A stretch of DNA of 64,000 nucleotides from Gracilinanus agilis (Eukaryota), in NCBI RefSeq assembly GCF_016433145.1, contig NC_058131.1, forward strand, positions 77,197,454-77,261,453, given 5' to 3'. The position numbers and the translations under genes were made by a program. The first letter of the stretch is position 1. The number at the start of each line of letters is the position of its first letter. The notes under the pieces are model-generated. The model ran no database searches. It saw only the letters and a program-made list of their open reading frames with translations, and was not told where the DNA came from. Shown in pieces: positions 1-12,969 of the stretch.

Positions 1-1760
1 TATATTTGATTCTCTTTATGTTACAAATAACTTTATATCCATTATCTCTTATTGTAACCATGTGAAGCAGGAAGAATTTAGAGATATTATTATCTCACTT
101 TTTCACTTACTTTCTCATGTTTCTTTAACTACTCCCCAAATCCAATCCCTTGGATAGGGTGTCTACCTTATTAAACATAGTCTACACCCTGTCTTGAATT
201 GGTGGGTGGTATTGATTCTAACCACCATGTGTCTTAGTTCCAGTATTCACATCTCCTTAGCATTTTCCAAAAGCAAATTACATAAAAGTAAATTATTGTT
301 AATTCATTTTGTGCAATCTTCTTGGACTTATTTCTTCAATCTTCAATCCTTCTGTTTCCATATGTTTAAAAAAATTCTCAGATATCCACAATTCCTTTTT
401 TAAAAGTGGTTCTTCTGCCTTCTTAACCTACATATTTACCATCTCATTTCTCTCCTCCAATTCTCAGCTATATTTCTGGAAAAAAAATAGTCTATTCCTA
501 ATGCCTCTACTTTCTCATAATTCTTTTCTTCTCAACTTTTTTGCTATATGGATTCTGTTTGCTCTATCAAATTGCTATCTTAAAGATTACCAACTAAGAA
601 TTTTTCCTAGTTTTTCCTTTTCTTTATTCTTAGTATATTCATTCATCATTATGGCATCAAATATCTGTAAACCTAATCTTGATCTTTCCCCATAATAGAT
701 GACTTAGCCTCTTACTTCACTGAAATCAGGATCTGTGATTGGGAGTTGGGTTGGTAGAAAGGATGGAGAAAGGGAAGAAGGTTAGTAACATAGTTTCTTT
801 CCTAATACTCCTCCCTAAATAGCCTGTTTTTAAAAGTTTTTTACCTTATGCTTGTGGAATCTCCTTCTACCTGTGCTTTTATTCTCCTGGTTCTTCTCCC
901 AACCTCCCCTTCTCTAGCTATGTGCAACTATTTAAAGAAATGGTGCTGTCTCCTGTTTCTAACTTGAATGATTGTCCTATAATTGCTCTCTTTATAGTTC
1001 AGTCAATAAATAAGTATTTATTAAGTCCTTACTGTGTGCTAAGCATCTTATTTGAAATTTTAAAGGGATTGTCTGTCATGGTCCCATTTTTATGGTTAGT
1101 TTAAACCCAAATTATTGAACTTTTAGTGATTAGGTTCTTGGTTTTCAAGGACAATTTCCCTTATATAGCTCATATGGATATTGTGAAGATAGCATTTTAT
1201 AATCTTTACAATTATAAATGTGAATTATTATCCTCTCCTATGTTACTCTGTCACTTATCGCCTCAACCAGCATGCATCTTCAGTCTTTCCCTCTACATTA
1301 TTTCAACTCCATACATGCATATATTTCACTAAATTAAAAAAAAATTTTAATGAAATGCCCTAAACCTTTCCAATATGTCCAAATGCCACAAATCCTTCTC
1401 TTCCTTTTAACAATAAAATTTTCTGAAAAAGCAATCTACAGTTAATGTCTCTTTCCTTATTCACTACTCCACCTATCACTACATGATTTCCATTCATTCT
1501 ACTGAAATCGCTCTCTAAAAATTCACATTATGATCTTATCACCCAATCCAAAGGCCTTGACTCCTTTGTAATTTTTGATACCTTTCACCACCCCCTTCTG
1601 CTTCTGAAGATACATTCTTCTCTTGATTTCTGAGGCACTGACTTCCTTGTTTACCTCCCCTCTCTTTTTTTATTACTTCCTTTTTATTTCTTCATATTCA
1701 TCCAAAACCCTTAATGTTGATATGTTTACATTCATCATAGTTTGGACCTAGATGCCTCTC

Positions 1761-2010
1761 CCTCTGTCTCTGTTTCTGTCTCTCTGTCTCTCTCTTATTT
1801 CTCTCTGTCTCTGTCTGTCTTTCCCCCTCAACTTTCTAACTCTTAATCTCTATCTCTAGCTTTCTCTTGCTTGCTTGCTCACTCTCTGTCTCCCCCTCTC
1901 TGTTTCCATCTCTGTTTCTCTTTCTGTCTTTTTTGTACCTTTGTGTCTCTATATCTTTCCATTTTGTCTATGTGTCTCTCCCTCTGTTTCTTTGTGTGTC
2001 TGTCTGTCTC
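1761..2010. repeat. CT-rich low-complexity tract; similar tracts at 46880-47220 and 47710-47958
   Basis: Direct; these tracts generate the Leu/Ser/Phe-rich spurious ORFs. Confidence 0.9.
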
Positions 2011-3257
2011 CCTTCTATTACAATCCCTACAAAAGTGATTCTCTGCTCTCTAATTCTACTCCTTACCTTCCTCCTGAGCTTCAATTATAAACCTCATACT
2101 ACCAATAGTCCATCAGTTTCTTAATGTATATACACTAGAATCTCATGCTCGACATGTACAGAACCAACCCTGTAATCTTTTCCTCAAAACCTGCTTCTCT
2201 TTCTGATTTTACTACATTGGTCATTTACAAGAAAATCTACCATCCTATATTTAAAATTTCTTATCTTTAAATTTTCTGTCAACCTCAAACTGTCATATAA
2301 TAAACCAACTGTCCTGTACTATCAGGTCTTTCACCACAATTTTTCTAACTTCCTTGCCTCTTCCCAATTCTAAATGCCACAGTTTCAATACATTATAAAT
2401 GATATTAAAAACTCAAGTAGTTTCAGCTAATTGTTCTGCCTCTTATAATCTCATTCCTCTATAAATCTACCCTTCATACTGCTTTCCAAGTTATCTTCCT
2501 TATATAAAGATACAAATACATCTTCAAAACCCTAAAAAACTCTCTACTACCTATGGAATAATGTTAAACTCTCTTTGCACAGAATCGATATCTATCCTTT
2601 TGGATACCCAAGATAGAAATAGAATGATCATTTTTACTTAAAATAACTTTGACATGCTGTCCCTGAAAGTCTGATATAACAGCAAATATGTGAGTATCTC
2701 TACATGACTGTCTTCCCACAATCTTCAACAGAGAAGGTAAAATGTTGCTCATCAGTTTAGTTTCCACTTGAACTTGATCCTTTCTTCCTCAGTGGCTCTG
2801 TGCATAGAATCTTCTCTTCCCCAAATCTAAAGTTATTTATGGATATGAAAGACAACATTGCTTAAATGGATTATGCCATGGGGGAGAAAAGAAATAGCAA
2901 TGCGTTGGTCCTGAATAGGACTTATTTGAGTACATATAATGAAACCATATGTATTTAATGGACTAATGGTTACAAGGACTTTGGAATAAAGAGTAAAGAC
3001 ATGTCAGTAATGGTATTTGGAACAGAACACTGAAATATTTTTTCTGTTATTCACTAGGAATACGTAAGGATTATCTTTTTAGCCTGCTTATTTGAAGCCA
3101 AAAGCATGGTTTGGCATATTCTAAAACAATGTGATGTCCTCTGGAATATCAGCATGAAATAGAACTCGATGGTTCACAATAGAAGAGTGGTAGACATTCT
3201 GGCAGATAGAATTATTGAAAGAGAATGAAGAAGTGGATAACATAGAAAGGAGACTTG

Positions 3258-3451
3258 GAGCCAGCTAGGTGGCTCAGTTGATTGACAGCCTGACCTAGAG
3301 ACAGAAGTTCCTGGATTCAAATCTGGTTTCAGACACTTCCCAGCTGTGTGACTCTGGGAAAGTCACTTAATTCCCATTGCCTAGCCCTTACTGCTTCTCT
3401 GCCTTGGAACCAATACCAGTATTGATTCTAAGTTCAAAGGGTTAAAAAAAG
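3258..3451 (+). mobile_element. SINE-1_MD-like tRNA/CORE SINE
   Basis: cagctaggtggctcag...ggattcaaatctgg...gacacttcccagctgtgtga...cctagcccttactgcttctctgccttggaaccaatac...ggttaaaaaaa. Confidence 0.85.
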
Positions 3452-3599
3452 AAGTGACTCAATAAAGTTCAAGTAATAATCTTTTTAGATTATGAAAAAA
3501 TGTGTAAAACACACATTGGTCTCAAAATACTTTTTCTATAGAGAGGAAAACATTAATTTTACATTTTCTCAATATCCCATCTGTTAGTTAGATGGAAAA

Positions 3600-3790
3600 T
3601 ATATAGAGTGTTCAGCCTAGAGTCGGGAAGACACAAGTTAAAATCCAGCCTTAGATATTAACTAACTCTGTGACCCTAGACAAGTCACTTAACCCCAATT
3701 GCCTAACCCTTACTGCTCTTCTTCTTTGGAGTCAATACTTAATATCAATTCTAAGATATGAAGTAAGGAGTTTTTAAAAATTTAATAAAA
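3600..3790 (+). mobile_element. SINE-1_MD-like SINE, 5' truncated
   Basis: gtgaccctagacaagtcacttaaccccaattgcctaacccttactgctctt...ctaagatatgaagtaaggag plus an A tail. Confidence 0.75.
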
Positions 3791-6700
3791 AAAAAGATTC
3801 AGGCTCTATTTAAAGACCTGCAATCACAGGTAGTCCATAATTTACTATAGCAGTTCATTTCACTCATGGAAACCTCAATATTTTAGGAAAATGTTCTCTA
3901 ATATCCAACAAAAATCATGTCTCTTAAACTTTGTTCACTGCTCCCAGTTCAACCTTCTAGGTCCAAGCATAAAAATTCTAATTCTTCTTCTACATTGAAG
4001 CTCTACAAATACTTAAAAACAACTATTATGATTCCCTCACTTTTTCTTCCTCAATTACTTCAATCAATTAAAGGCTTGGTTTTCTGCCCCTTTACCATGT
4101 TGAAGGCCCTATAAGCTAGTTATGCTTCCTTTTGTTTTATACACAATACACTAATCATAGTCTGACCAGAGCAGAATACAACAGAGCTATTACCTCCCTT
4201 ATTCTGGTTTCTCTGTAGCTTTCCAGTTCCTGGCCACCAATCTAACTCAAGTCCTTCTCAAATCTTTCATGGACTTTAGCACATAATTAATTAACTTACC
4301 TGCCTCTAGTATCTTTCCTGTCTAATCCATACTCCACCTAGTTCCAAATACATATTCTTAAAGCATGCATCTGACTACATCTAGACTCTGCTCACAAAAT
4401 TTCAGTGACTCTATTGCCACCAAGATAAAATACAAAAAATTTTAGCATTTAAATTCCTCTGCAATCTGCCTGCAATCTCTTTCCAGACTAGATTCCCATC
4501 ATTCTTCTCTTACTCTATGTTCCCAAGATCTGGAAAGGTACAAAGAGTAGATGAGAGGTAGTGTGACAATAACAAGCACAATAAATAATGCCAATTTTAT
4601 CATTCTTCAAAGTTTTTTTCATATATTATTTCATTGGATCCTCACACCAACCCCATGAGCTTGGTAAGCTGAGAGGTATTAAATATTTGGCCAAGGGTAA
4701 TCCAATTATTTGTTGCCTGAGACTAGATTGATATAAGAATTTTCTTAACTACAAACTCAGTGTTCTATGTCATCTAACTGAGAGTAACAAAAGAGGGTGC
4801 TAGGTGTAGAGTTAGAGAAACATGGGTTGAAACCATCCCTGACACTTTCTAGCTATGTGACCAGGGGCTAGTGCTTTGAATTCTAAGCCTCAGTTTCTCT
4901 ATATGTAACAGAGATAACTTTAGTTCCTATTTCACTGGGTTGGCATAAAACCTAAATAAAACACTGAATATAAATCGCTTCATAAACTTTAAATCATTGT
5001 AGAAATAAAAGTTATTATTATTACCTCTAAAGCACACAGTCGAGGGAATTCTGAGTAGGATGAGTGGCTACAATAGTCTCTTCCAGTTCTGAGATAGTCT
5101 GAATCTAATGAATAAATGGAAAAAAATTGTAAATTACATCCCTTTTATTTGAATTCTTTGCTTTATACATTGATTCATCACAGAGTTCTTACCAAAACCA
5201 AACCCTCTCCCCAGGCATTTAAAAAGGATTCTTCTTCAAAAGAAAAGTTCCATTTACAATTTCAAAAGAGGTCTAATTGTGCTAGTGTTGCTTGTACATC
5301 AAACAACAACAATGATCTGAATCTTACAGGTGTAAGTCCCCATACAGAGGAAAAATGGCAAAAGAGACATATTGGTATTTGCTGCTTTCCATTGCTAAAG
5401 GATCCTTACCTCCTAATTCTGGATCTGAAACAGCAGTAACATCAATATTGCTGGTCTTTGTGGTCTTGTTTGGACTGCAATGACTTAACTCATTGGAAGG
5501 CTGAGGAAGCAAAGTGGAGAATGGGGTTCATTCCTATAACTTTGTGGGGATTCCATCACCAATCTCCTAGCATGTGGCCTTTTACCATTTAAAAATTAAA
5601 AAAAAAACATTTAAAAAAAGGGAATAGGAAACAAAACAGGACATGCCTTTGATCATTCAGAATAGATCTCACAACACAATTAGATATCAAAGTATCAGCA
5701 GCATTAACCTTCCTCACCTGGCCTGGGAGTACTTTGTAGTACAAATAAAGGACCATAAGATCATAAGTTTAGAAGTGGAAGGGACATTAGATGACATTAA
5801 GTCCAAACTCCTCATTTTACAAATGAAAAACTGAGTCCCAGAGAAGCTACATTATTTGTCCAGGGTGTCACAGCTAGTAAGTATTTTTGATAGAATTTTA
5901 ACGCAGTTCTTTCTGACTTCAAGTCCAGCATTTTATCCACCATACCATTCAGAATACAATAGACTGTAGAAATCTTCCCAGCTTGTGATAGTTAGCCAGG
6001 CACTGTGCACATACTGAGTCCAGAGATTGCAAGAGAGAGCAACAGTTACTCAGTTTGGGAGCCTAGGGGATCTGATCTCTGTAACTCCTCATTAGCAAGA
6101 AGGGAGTAATTTTCTAGAACATCTCTCTCCCTCTCTAGCCCTTATCCTCCAGAGTCCTTTGCCCCAACTAAGTAAAGAGTAGTGTCTAAGGGAAGCTGTC
6201 TTCTGGGCATTTCATGACTGGTGTCACTGGATTTCCTATGGGGATGTTTTCACTGACATTTGCTTCAGACAGTCCTTAGGGTCATTCAAACTGACCCAGC
6301 TCATGTAAATGGCTCTTCATCTTGCACTAATCTGGATCTTTATCTCCAGATATCTTGTCAGGCTAATTGCTAATTGCCTTCATATATTCCCAGTTCTATT
6401 TCTTTGGTCAAAAGAAATTTGAACACATATTTGGGATAACCCCCCAAATTACATAAATAAAATAAAATATTATTTGTATAAATAAATTATCATTTACCTG
6501 CATATTTTCTCTCTTTTCATTTTGTGTCATTAGAACCTCAGGATTTGTGATTTCATGACTGCTCTGAACTTTGTCAGCTCCAGAAGGGTTGATCCAGAAA
6601 TGTCTCCCTCATATATGTGAAACTCATTCCCACCTTTAAATCTTGTCTTAAAGATCTTTTCCACCTATCTGGAAAGGGCTTCCCAATGTACTCCATCTTT

Positions 6701-7763
6701 TTAAACTCTATACATAATCAGAGCCCAGCTTGTTTTTAAAATGTTGAAATAATTATACACTTGAATGAATGAATGAAACAAATAATACAAAAAAGAAATT
6801 AATAACTATTAACAATTTTCTTTTCTCTTCTTTATATGTTGAAAAATTCATGTTTGCAAATGTGTCAAGTTCATAGTATGAAAGAAGATTATTTTTAAGA
6901 GTGGCAAAGAACCATTGACTTTTCCTTTAAAAAAATTTTTTTAATTCCAAGTTTTACAAACACCAGATAAAGTAGACATATCAAAAAAGAAGATAGTATG
7001 TGAAACTGCAGATATCTATTATATACACCCTGATTTCTTTTAAAAATAATAAATTCAAAATTTAACTTTTAAAGGTATACTAACTACTTATGAGCAATTG
7101 TGGAATTCCTTCATTCACTTCCGTGTGTGCCCTTTTTGTAAGGACTACATTAGGTAATTCTACTTGAATTGTGAAGCTTTTGAGCCCTCCAGAACAAAGC
7201 TATATCTTCCCATTAAGTTAGTACCTATAAGAAGTCATGTGTCATTCTCATATTATCTCTTATTCTAGGATGTTCCTGTTATTATTATTAGTTGGTATGA
7301 ATTAATCAGCCAGACTTAATTAGGCTTTAGAAAGAAATATTTACTAAAGTCAAATGGTAAGAAGAGTTCTTTCAAATCATGTTTCCCCAAAGTCTTGAAG
7401 ACATTCTCCCATCAGTATATAGAAAGCAAAGAAAAAATTTGGTTCAAGCTTAAAAAGTACATGTGGCAAAAGACTTCTGGTTGTTGAAAATCATTTTCCC
7501 CCTTAAAGAGATTCTCAAGAAGTTCCCTTAGTTGTAGTGTACCTTCTTACTAGTTTTCTTGACCACTCATGAATCTGCCTTCTCAAACTGTATCTAGTCT
7601 CTTCTCAGTTTCTACTGAAGACACTGCTGCCAGCTGCTGCTGACTTTGGGAGGTGATGACATTGTCTCAATATGAAGAAAAGAAATCTGGCATCCTTATG
7701 ATTCTTTGAAGTTCTCAAGGACTCTTTTTTCTATTATTTTTATTATCTATATCTATTATTCAG

Positions 7764-8030
7764 AAGCAACTAGGTGGCACAGTGGATAAAACACTGAGCC
7801 TAGAATCAGGAAAACCTGAGTTCAAATCCAGTCTTAGACACTAGCTAAATGACTCTGGGCAAGTCATCTAACCTTTGTCTATGTCAATTCCCTCAACTAT
7901 AATATAGGGATAATTTATTATAGCACCTATATCCCAGGTTTGTTGTGAGAATCAAAAAAGATATTTGCTAAGCATTCATCATAGTGCCTGCCACATCACA
8001 GTCACTTAAGTGCCTGTTCCATTCTATTAT
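7764..8030 (+). mobile_element. MIR/MAR-type CORE SINE
   Basis: gcaactaggtggcacagtggata...gagttcaaatccag...gggcaagtca...ttgttgtgagaatcaaa...tagtgcctgccaca. Confidence 0.8.
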
Positions 8031-8049
8031 TTGCTCTTTAATAACCTTC

Positions 8050-8640
8050 TAATCTCTATTCTGGAACTCTGCACAATTTTCTTATATAATTTTTAAAATT
8101 AAGGTATTTGTGCTTTTTAATTTTCATATTATTTGGGGAAACTTATGACCTTTATTTCTGAGCATTGTGTCCTCAAAGGTGATCATTTTGGTTTGCATAA
8201 AATTCTTAATTTAAGATTGTTGCTTTCTCTCCTGCCAGATTTGCCTCCACTTCAATATTTTTATAGTCTATGTCAGTTCATCTCTCTCATATCTTTAGAC
8301 ATTCTCCCAATTTATTAATCTCATGATTGTTTTTTTCCATAATTCTGCATTGAGCTCTCCATTCTAAATTATATTGTTATCACTCTCCAATTTCTTCTTT
8401 TATGAATTTCATGACTCTTTCATACCATTCAGGATTGTTCAAAGTAGGATGAAAGGATTATATATTTTATCAGCCATTGCCTCACTTTCCTTCAAATCAT
8501 ATTTATCAGGAGAATTTTACAGTCTATCAGAGAATTTAGTCATTGTTCCTTCTGGTTTTTAATCTATTCTGTTGTTTTCTCTTCTTGTAATCTAGGCTTT
8601 TATAAATCTTTAAACTTTCAGCCATCTTTTAGTATTGTCC
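8050..8640 (-). mobile_element. Decayed antisense L1 fragment (ORF1-like)
   Basis: T-rich antisense L1-like composition; weakly recognisable. Confidence 0.4.
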
Positions 8641-8767
8641 CACCATTCACTTTCTGGATCCTGCTCCTTTACTGCAGTGTTCCAACCTTGGGCTGCAAGG
8701 TTTCCTCAGTCTATTGGCAGGGTTTTTTTTTACCTGAGTGTTTGTCCTGAGTAGTCTCAAAGATGTA

Positions 8768-8949
8768 GGGCATGTAGGTGACTCAATGGATAAAGGGTAA
8801 GGCCTGGAGACTGAAGGACCTAGATTCAAAATTGGCTCAGACATTTCCTAACTGTGTCAGCCTGGGCAAGTCTCTGAACCCGGTTTGCCTAGACATGTTT
8901 CTATCTTAGAGTTGTTACTAGGACAAAAATCAAGAATTTAAAAAGAAAA
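8768..8949 (+). mobile_element. SINE-1_MD-like SINE
   Basis: gtaggtgactcaatggata...gattcaaaattggctcagacatttcctaactgtgt...gggcaagtc plus an A-rich tail. Confidence 0.75.
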
Positions 8950-9199
8950 TATATAGAGGAAAGGAGTTATTGATTAATTGTATAAACCACTCCAGTGATG
9001 CATTATTTAAAATAATAATAATTATTATAAATATATATTTATTATTAGTACTATTGCCTTGTATTGATTTCTTATTTAGCCCCTAATCTAGTTTGGTTGC
9101 TTTCTACAATAAAATTAAAGGACATTGTGTCTTAATTTTTTTTCTTTCACTATGGTATTGGAACTGTTTTGGGATCCTTTAATTATATTAATTCCTCAG

Positions 9200-11973
9200 C
9201 AGAAATAACCAGAACAGCTCCCTAATGGTCCCTGGCTATAGTACTAGTACCAGGATTGTTACTGAGCTCCTCCTGAAGAAAAGCAGCTAGAACAGAAGCC
9301 CCATACAGAGAGAGTAAAAACACCAGGACTTTTCCCAAACAAATTAGAAAAGAAAGGCTAGAAATTTTTTCTAAATTCAGGGACAAAAGACCAGACACTA
9401 TGTGAAATATGGCAACGAATAAAAGGAAATCAGGTAAGATTCCTCTAGGTTCAACCCTGCATAAACTCTTGAGCTCTTGGGATGAACAAAATTTCCCAAA
9501 AGGAGAAGGTATGCCAAAGAAGGAAGCAAAGAGATTGTGTAAAGCATGGGCAGTAAAATCCTTTAGCTGGCCAAGATTTGGTTCATTTGACTTTGAAGTT
9601 CTGAAAGAACTAAAACTGGCCATTGACAAAAGTTCTAAAGAATATTGCCATTGCCTTCTTTGGGCACATATCCTTGACAATTCAACCAAACCTACTATCC
9701 CTAAAAACATGCTGGTTGACTCACTGTCCCCCAGCCATGAGGCTATTCATTCTCTAGATCCAGTCCATTCTGCCTTGACTCCTTCAGCTCCTCCTAAACC
9801 CTTAGTTAATCTGATAAAAAAGACATCCTGTCTTCTTCCCAGTCTGCCTGTGAGAAGGTTCCTACCCTTCGTGATCTAGGCCAGGATTTGACTTCTTCCT
9901 CCCCTCCCTCTAATATACCCCCCCACCTCCCATTTGACCCACTTTTTTTCCTCCAAGAACCCCTCTCTACCCAACCTTACCATCTGACTATTATTTCCCT
10001 ACCTATCCTTGTTCTTGATGCACCCAGTCTCTGCCTTGCCCTGCCCACCTTATCTCTTGCCTTGCCCAACTTCTCCCTCCCCAATGAGCCAGTCTCTACC
10101 CCACTCCTCCTATCCATCCTCCCTTTCCCCCTCCCCCTCAATCTTCTTCTTAGAGGAAAAATTAAGGAAAGAAATAGCTGAATTAAAGGAACAAGTAAAA
10201 TTAAGAGCTGTAACACAGACAGAGGTCATATCTCTTTTAAAGGAATACATGAGGCAACCAATGACTTGCTTTTTTTTGTGGGAAGGAAGGTCATGTTGCT
10301 ATGGATTATAAAAATAGGAACCAAGAAAATAGAAGCAGAAGAAGCTAGAGAAATAATGATAATAATGCAATAACCGGATCAGTTATTGTAATAGGATAAA
10401 TTATAACTTAGATCATGATGCACCTTGCCAAGAATCTGTTATCACTGTGAGGCACCACAGAGAAATGGTGAAAGTGACCAGAGGGATGGCCAGATGTATG
10501 GCTAGTGGAGTGGCCAAGGATGAGGCCAAAGGAATCTAGATGAATGATCATACTCAGGAGGGAAAGGGACCTCAAAGAGTCTGGAGGTGAATTTTAAGCC
10601 TTTTTAGACCCCACTGCTTTATTGATGTTAACCATTTCAGTCTTTTCCCCTCCCCATAGTGAAGAAGTTTATGTAAGGCAATCTTGAATACAGATCTACA
10701 CCCAGGAGAAAAGGTGTTTATAACTAATTTCCAGTGAACTACTCCAACAACTTTCAAAATTGAACTAAAGGACTTTTTAATTCATTGCTCTCATGTAAAA
10801 CGGGTAGTCTCTGCTGACACTGAGTGACTATCCTGTATATGCTACTTGTTTGTGTTTTTTTTAGATTTAATTTTGTTTTTAAGTTTATATATTAATCTAA
10901 TTAAGATGTTCTGTTATACAATGTTATATTCAGATAGTATGTTTTGGTTATTAGCTATATGTTACTGCTGTTTATAACAACCTTTTATCTGGTGAAAAAA
11001 TATGTACATTCATATCATGGATCATGGCCATGTTTGAGAGGAGATAGAGCTTGATTTTGAGTGAGAAACTTTTGTGTTATGCCTCTCTTTGACTTACTCA
11101 TTGTCAAATGGAATGTGCAAAATGAATTTCTGGTTTTTTATTATTGTTTTTCTTTACATTTTCAATAGAATATTTGATTTTTTCTCTTCTTTTTTGTACT
11201 TAAGTACATGGAATCAGTATTAATGTTTTTTTTTATTTTGAAGGATAAGTTTATAATATCTATTAGACCTAATGCCAATGTATACCCCAAAGCTTTAGAC
11301 TATGGAAACATGCCATTGATTGTTAAGTATTATGGGACTTAAACTAATAATTGTATCTGATTTTAGAAGAAGGGATCACAAAAGAGCCACTGCATAGTGT
11401 AAAGAACTACAAGATCAAGGAGACCAACAATCCCTGTGTGAAAGGAGAGGGAGGATCTACACCAAGACAGAGGACTTGTTTTTAGGTTTGAGGTTTTTTG
11501 TCTGTTTGACAAATTCAGACATTGGACTTTCTCATACTAGGTTTCTACAAGTACATTCATCTGGTTTTCCGTTTGGCTCCCCTCTCCCTGAGACTGAAGG
11601 TAAAATCAGACCAGGGAATCATATTTCCCTTTTACCTCAGACTTTTGCTCCCTTTTAATTATAATGTGGCAATTTTCTATAGTCCTGGCTGCCGATGGGT
11701 AAGCACAATATTGCTGCAATTGTCCTGCATGCTTGTAGAGCAGAAACCACTTTAATTGGGCCTTGCTGATGATTCAAGGACCTGATATGGCTTTTTTTTA
11801 CTCATAATTCTATACAGATGGGATTTTGATATATATTTTTATCCAGGATTTAATTTTTTTATATTCTTGGGGGAGTTTGGGGGGTTTCTTTTGAGAATTG
11901 ATTCATATACCCATAACTCATCCAGTATCCTGGGGTGATTCTAGTCTTGGTCAACACACTCCTAAGGGAGGAT
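9200..11973 (+). mobile_element. Degraded endogenous retrovirus internal region (ERV1/gamma-like) with a gag-like ORF remnant at 9400-10370; no pol or env recognisable
   Basis: Matrix-like segment IPLGSTLHKLLSSW...LCKAW...WPRFGSFD; PSAPP at 9781-9795; frameshifted C-x2-C-x4-H knuckle at about 10261-10310; polypurine tract aagggaggat followed by TGT at about 11964-11976. Confidence 0.7.
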
Positions 11974-12969
11974 TGTTTAATTATACTAAAAATTCAAGTT
12001 TTAAGATCTTTTAAAGCAATTGCAGGAAAAGAAAATCACCAACACTCTGAATAAGGAAAGTGGATCTTTTGGGGAGGGTGCCATAAAGATGCCTACAGAA
12101 ACCACACATCACATCAAGAGATCTAGAATGAACTTTGGGATATAATGAACTGAACCGAAGGGGATTGAACTGATCATTTATTCTGAATGTAAACTCTTAT
12201 GCCAAAGGGGAGTGCCCCCAATTGGCTTTTTGTCATTGAGTCTATCAATCATTTTTTTCCTTTTCCCTTTTTCTTTCTTTCCTTCTTATCCCCAAATCGT
12301 TGTAATTCTCTCTTTGTAAAGTGCAATATTCTATACACCTGTAGAAATACTTTTTTTTAGATATATAAGCTACATATGTAGAATGATTCATTGGGGAAAC
12401 CTGCATTCTAATCTTATAAAAAACCTGAATGAGGAGATTTAACATGGTAGACTCCCAAAGAATCAAAGAGGGATTGTGCAAAGGGAACCCTCTCCCAGGA
12501 TCACTGTATGGGGTCTTACCTGAGTCCCTATGGTTCTAGTTACATCATCTATGTAATGTAGGTTATGTGGCTGAGTTCAAACTGGAAGTTCCTGAAGTGG
12601 ACTGGAAAGGAGAGGGAGGAAAAAAGTTGGAGACAAGGAAGTAGGGTTTCTTTCTGCAGGAATCAGCCAACTGGAAGGTGGCTGAGGGAGCCATGTTGAG
12701 AGCACCCATATGGCTAAAAGGCTTTTCTCTCTAATTCTCTGCCTCTGCCTATCCAAGTAAATACTAATAAACTTTATGGAAATTAAGGACCAGAGTTTTA
12801 ATTTAACTCTTACATGTCCTTCTCCATCATATAGTAGGTGTGCCCTAATAAGTACATATAGACTTTGCCTATGATAAGAAAACAGATTAAGAACTTTAGG
12901 GTAGGACCTTTTCCCAAATCCACTGGAATTCAAGTTTATGCCCTATGTTGTGAGAGGTCCTGGTTCACA
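11974..12969 (+). mobile_element. Probable 3' LTR region, possibly with a second LTR nested at about 12340-12814
   Basis: Begins TG directly after the polypurine tract. The inner segment ends aataaac...cttaca like the LTR at 43143-43837. TSDs could not be resolved. Confidence 0.5.

Larger units (their letters stand above)
720..6900. repeat. Segmental duplication copy (OR upstream region), paralogous to about 25170-30400
   Basis: Colinear shared blocks: 780-870/25240-25330, 2830-3170/25350-25670, 3480-3570/25865-25960, 3800-4210/27050-27480, 5270-5480/28900-29130, 5640-6700/29290-30250. Confidence 0.85.

Noticed and set aside
9222-10216. Minus-strand ORFs of 162 and 79 aa
   Set aside because: Antisense shadows of the gag-like ORF.
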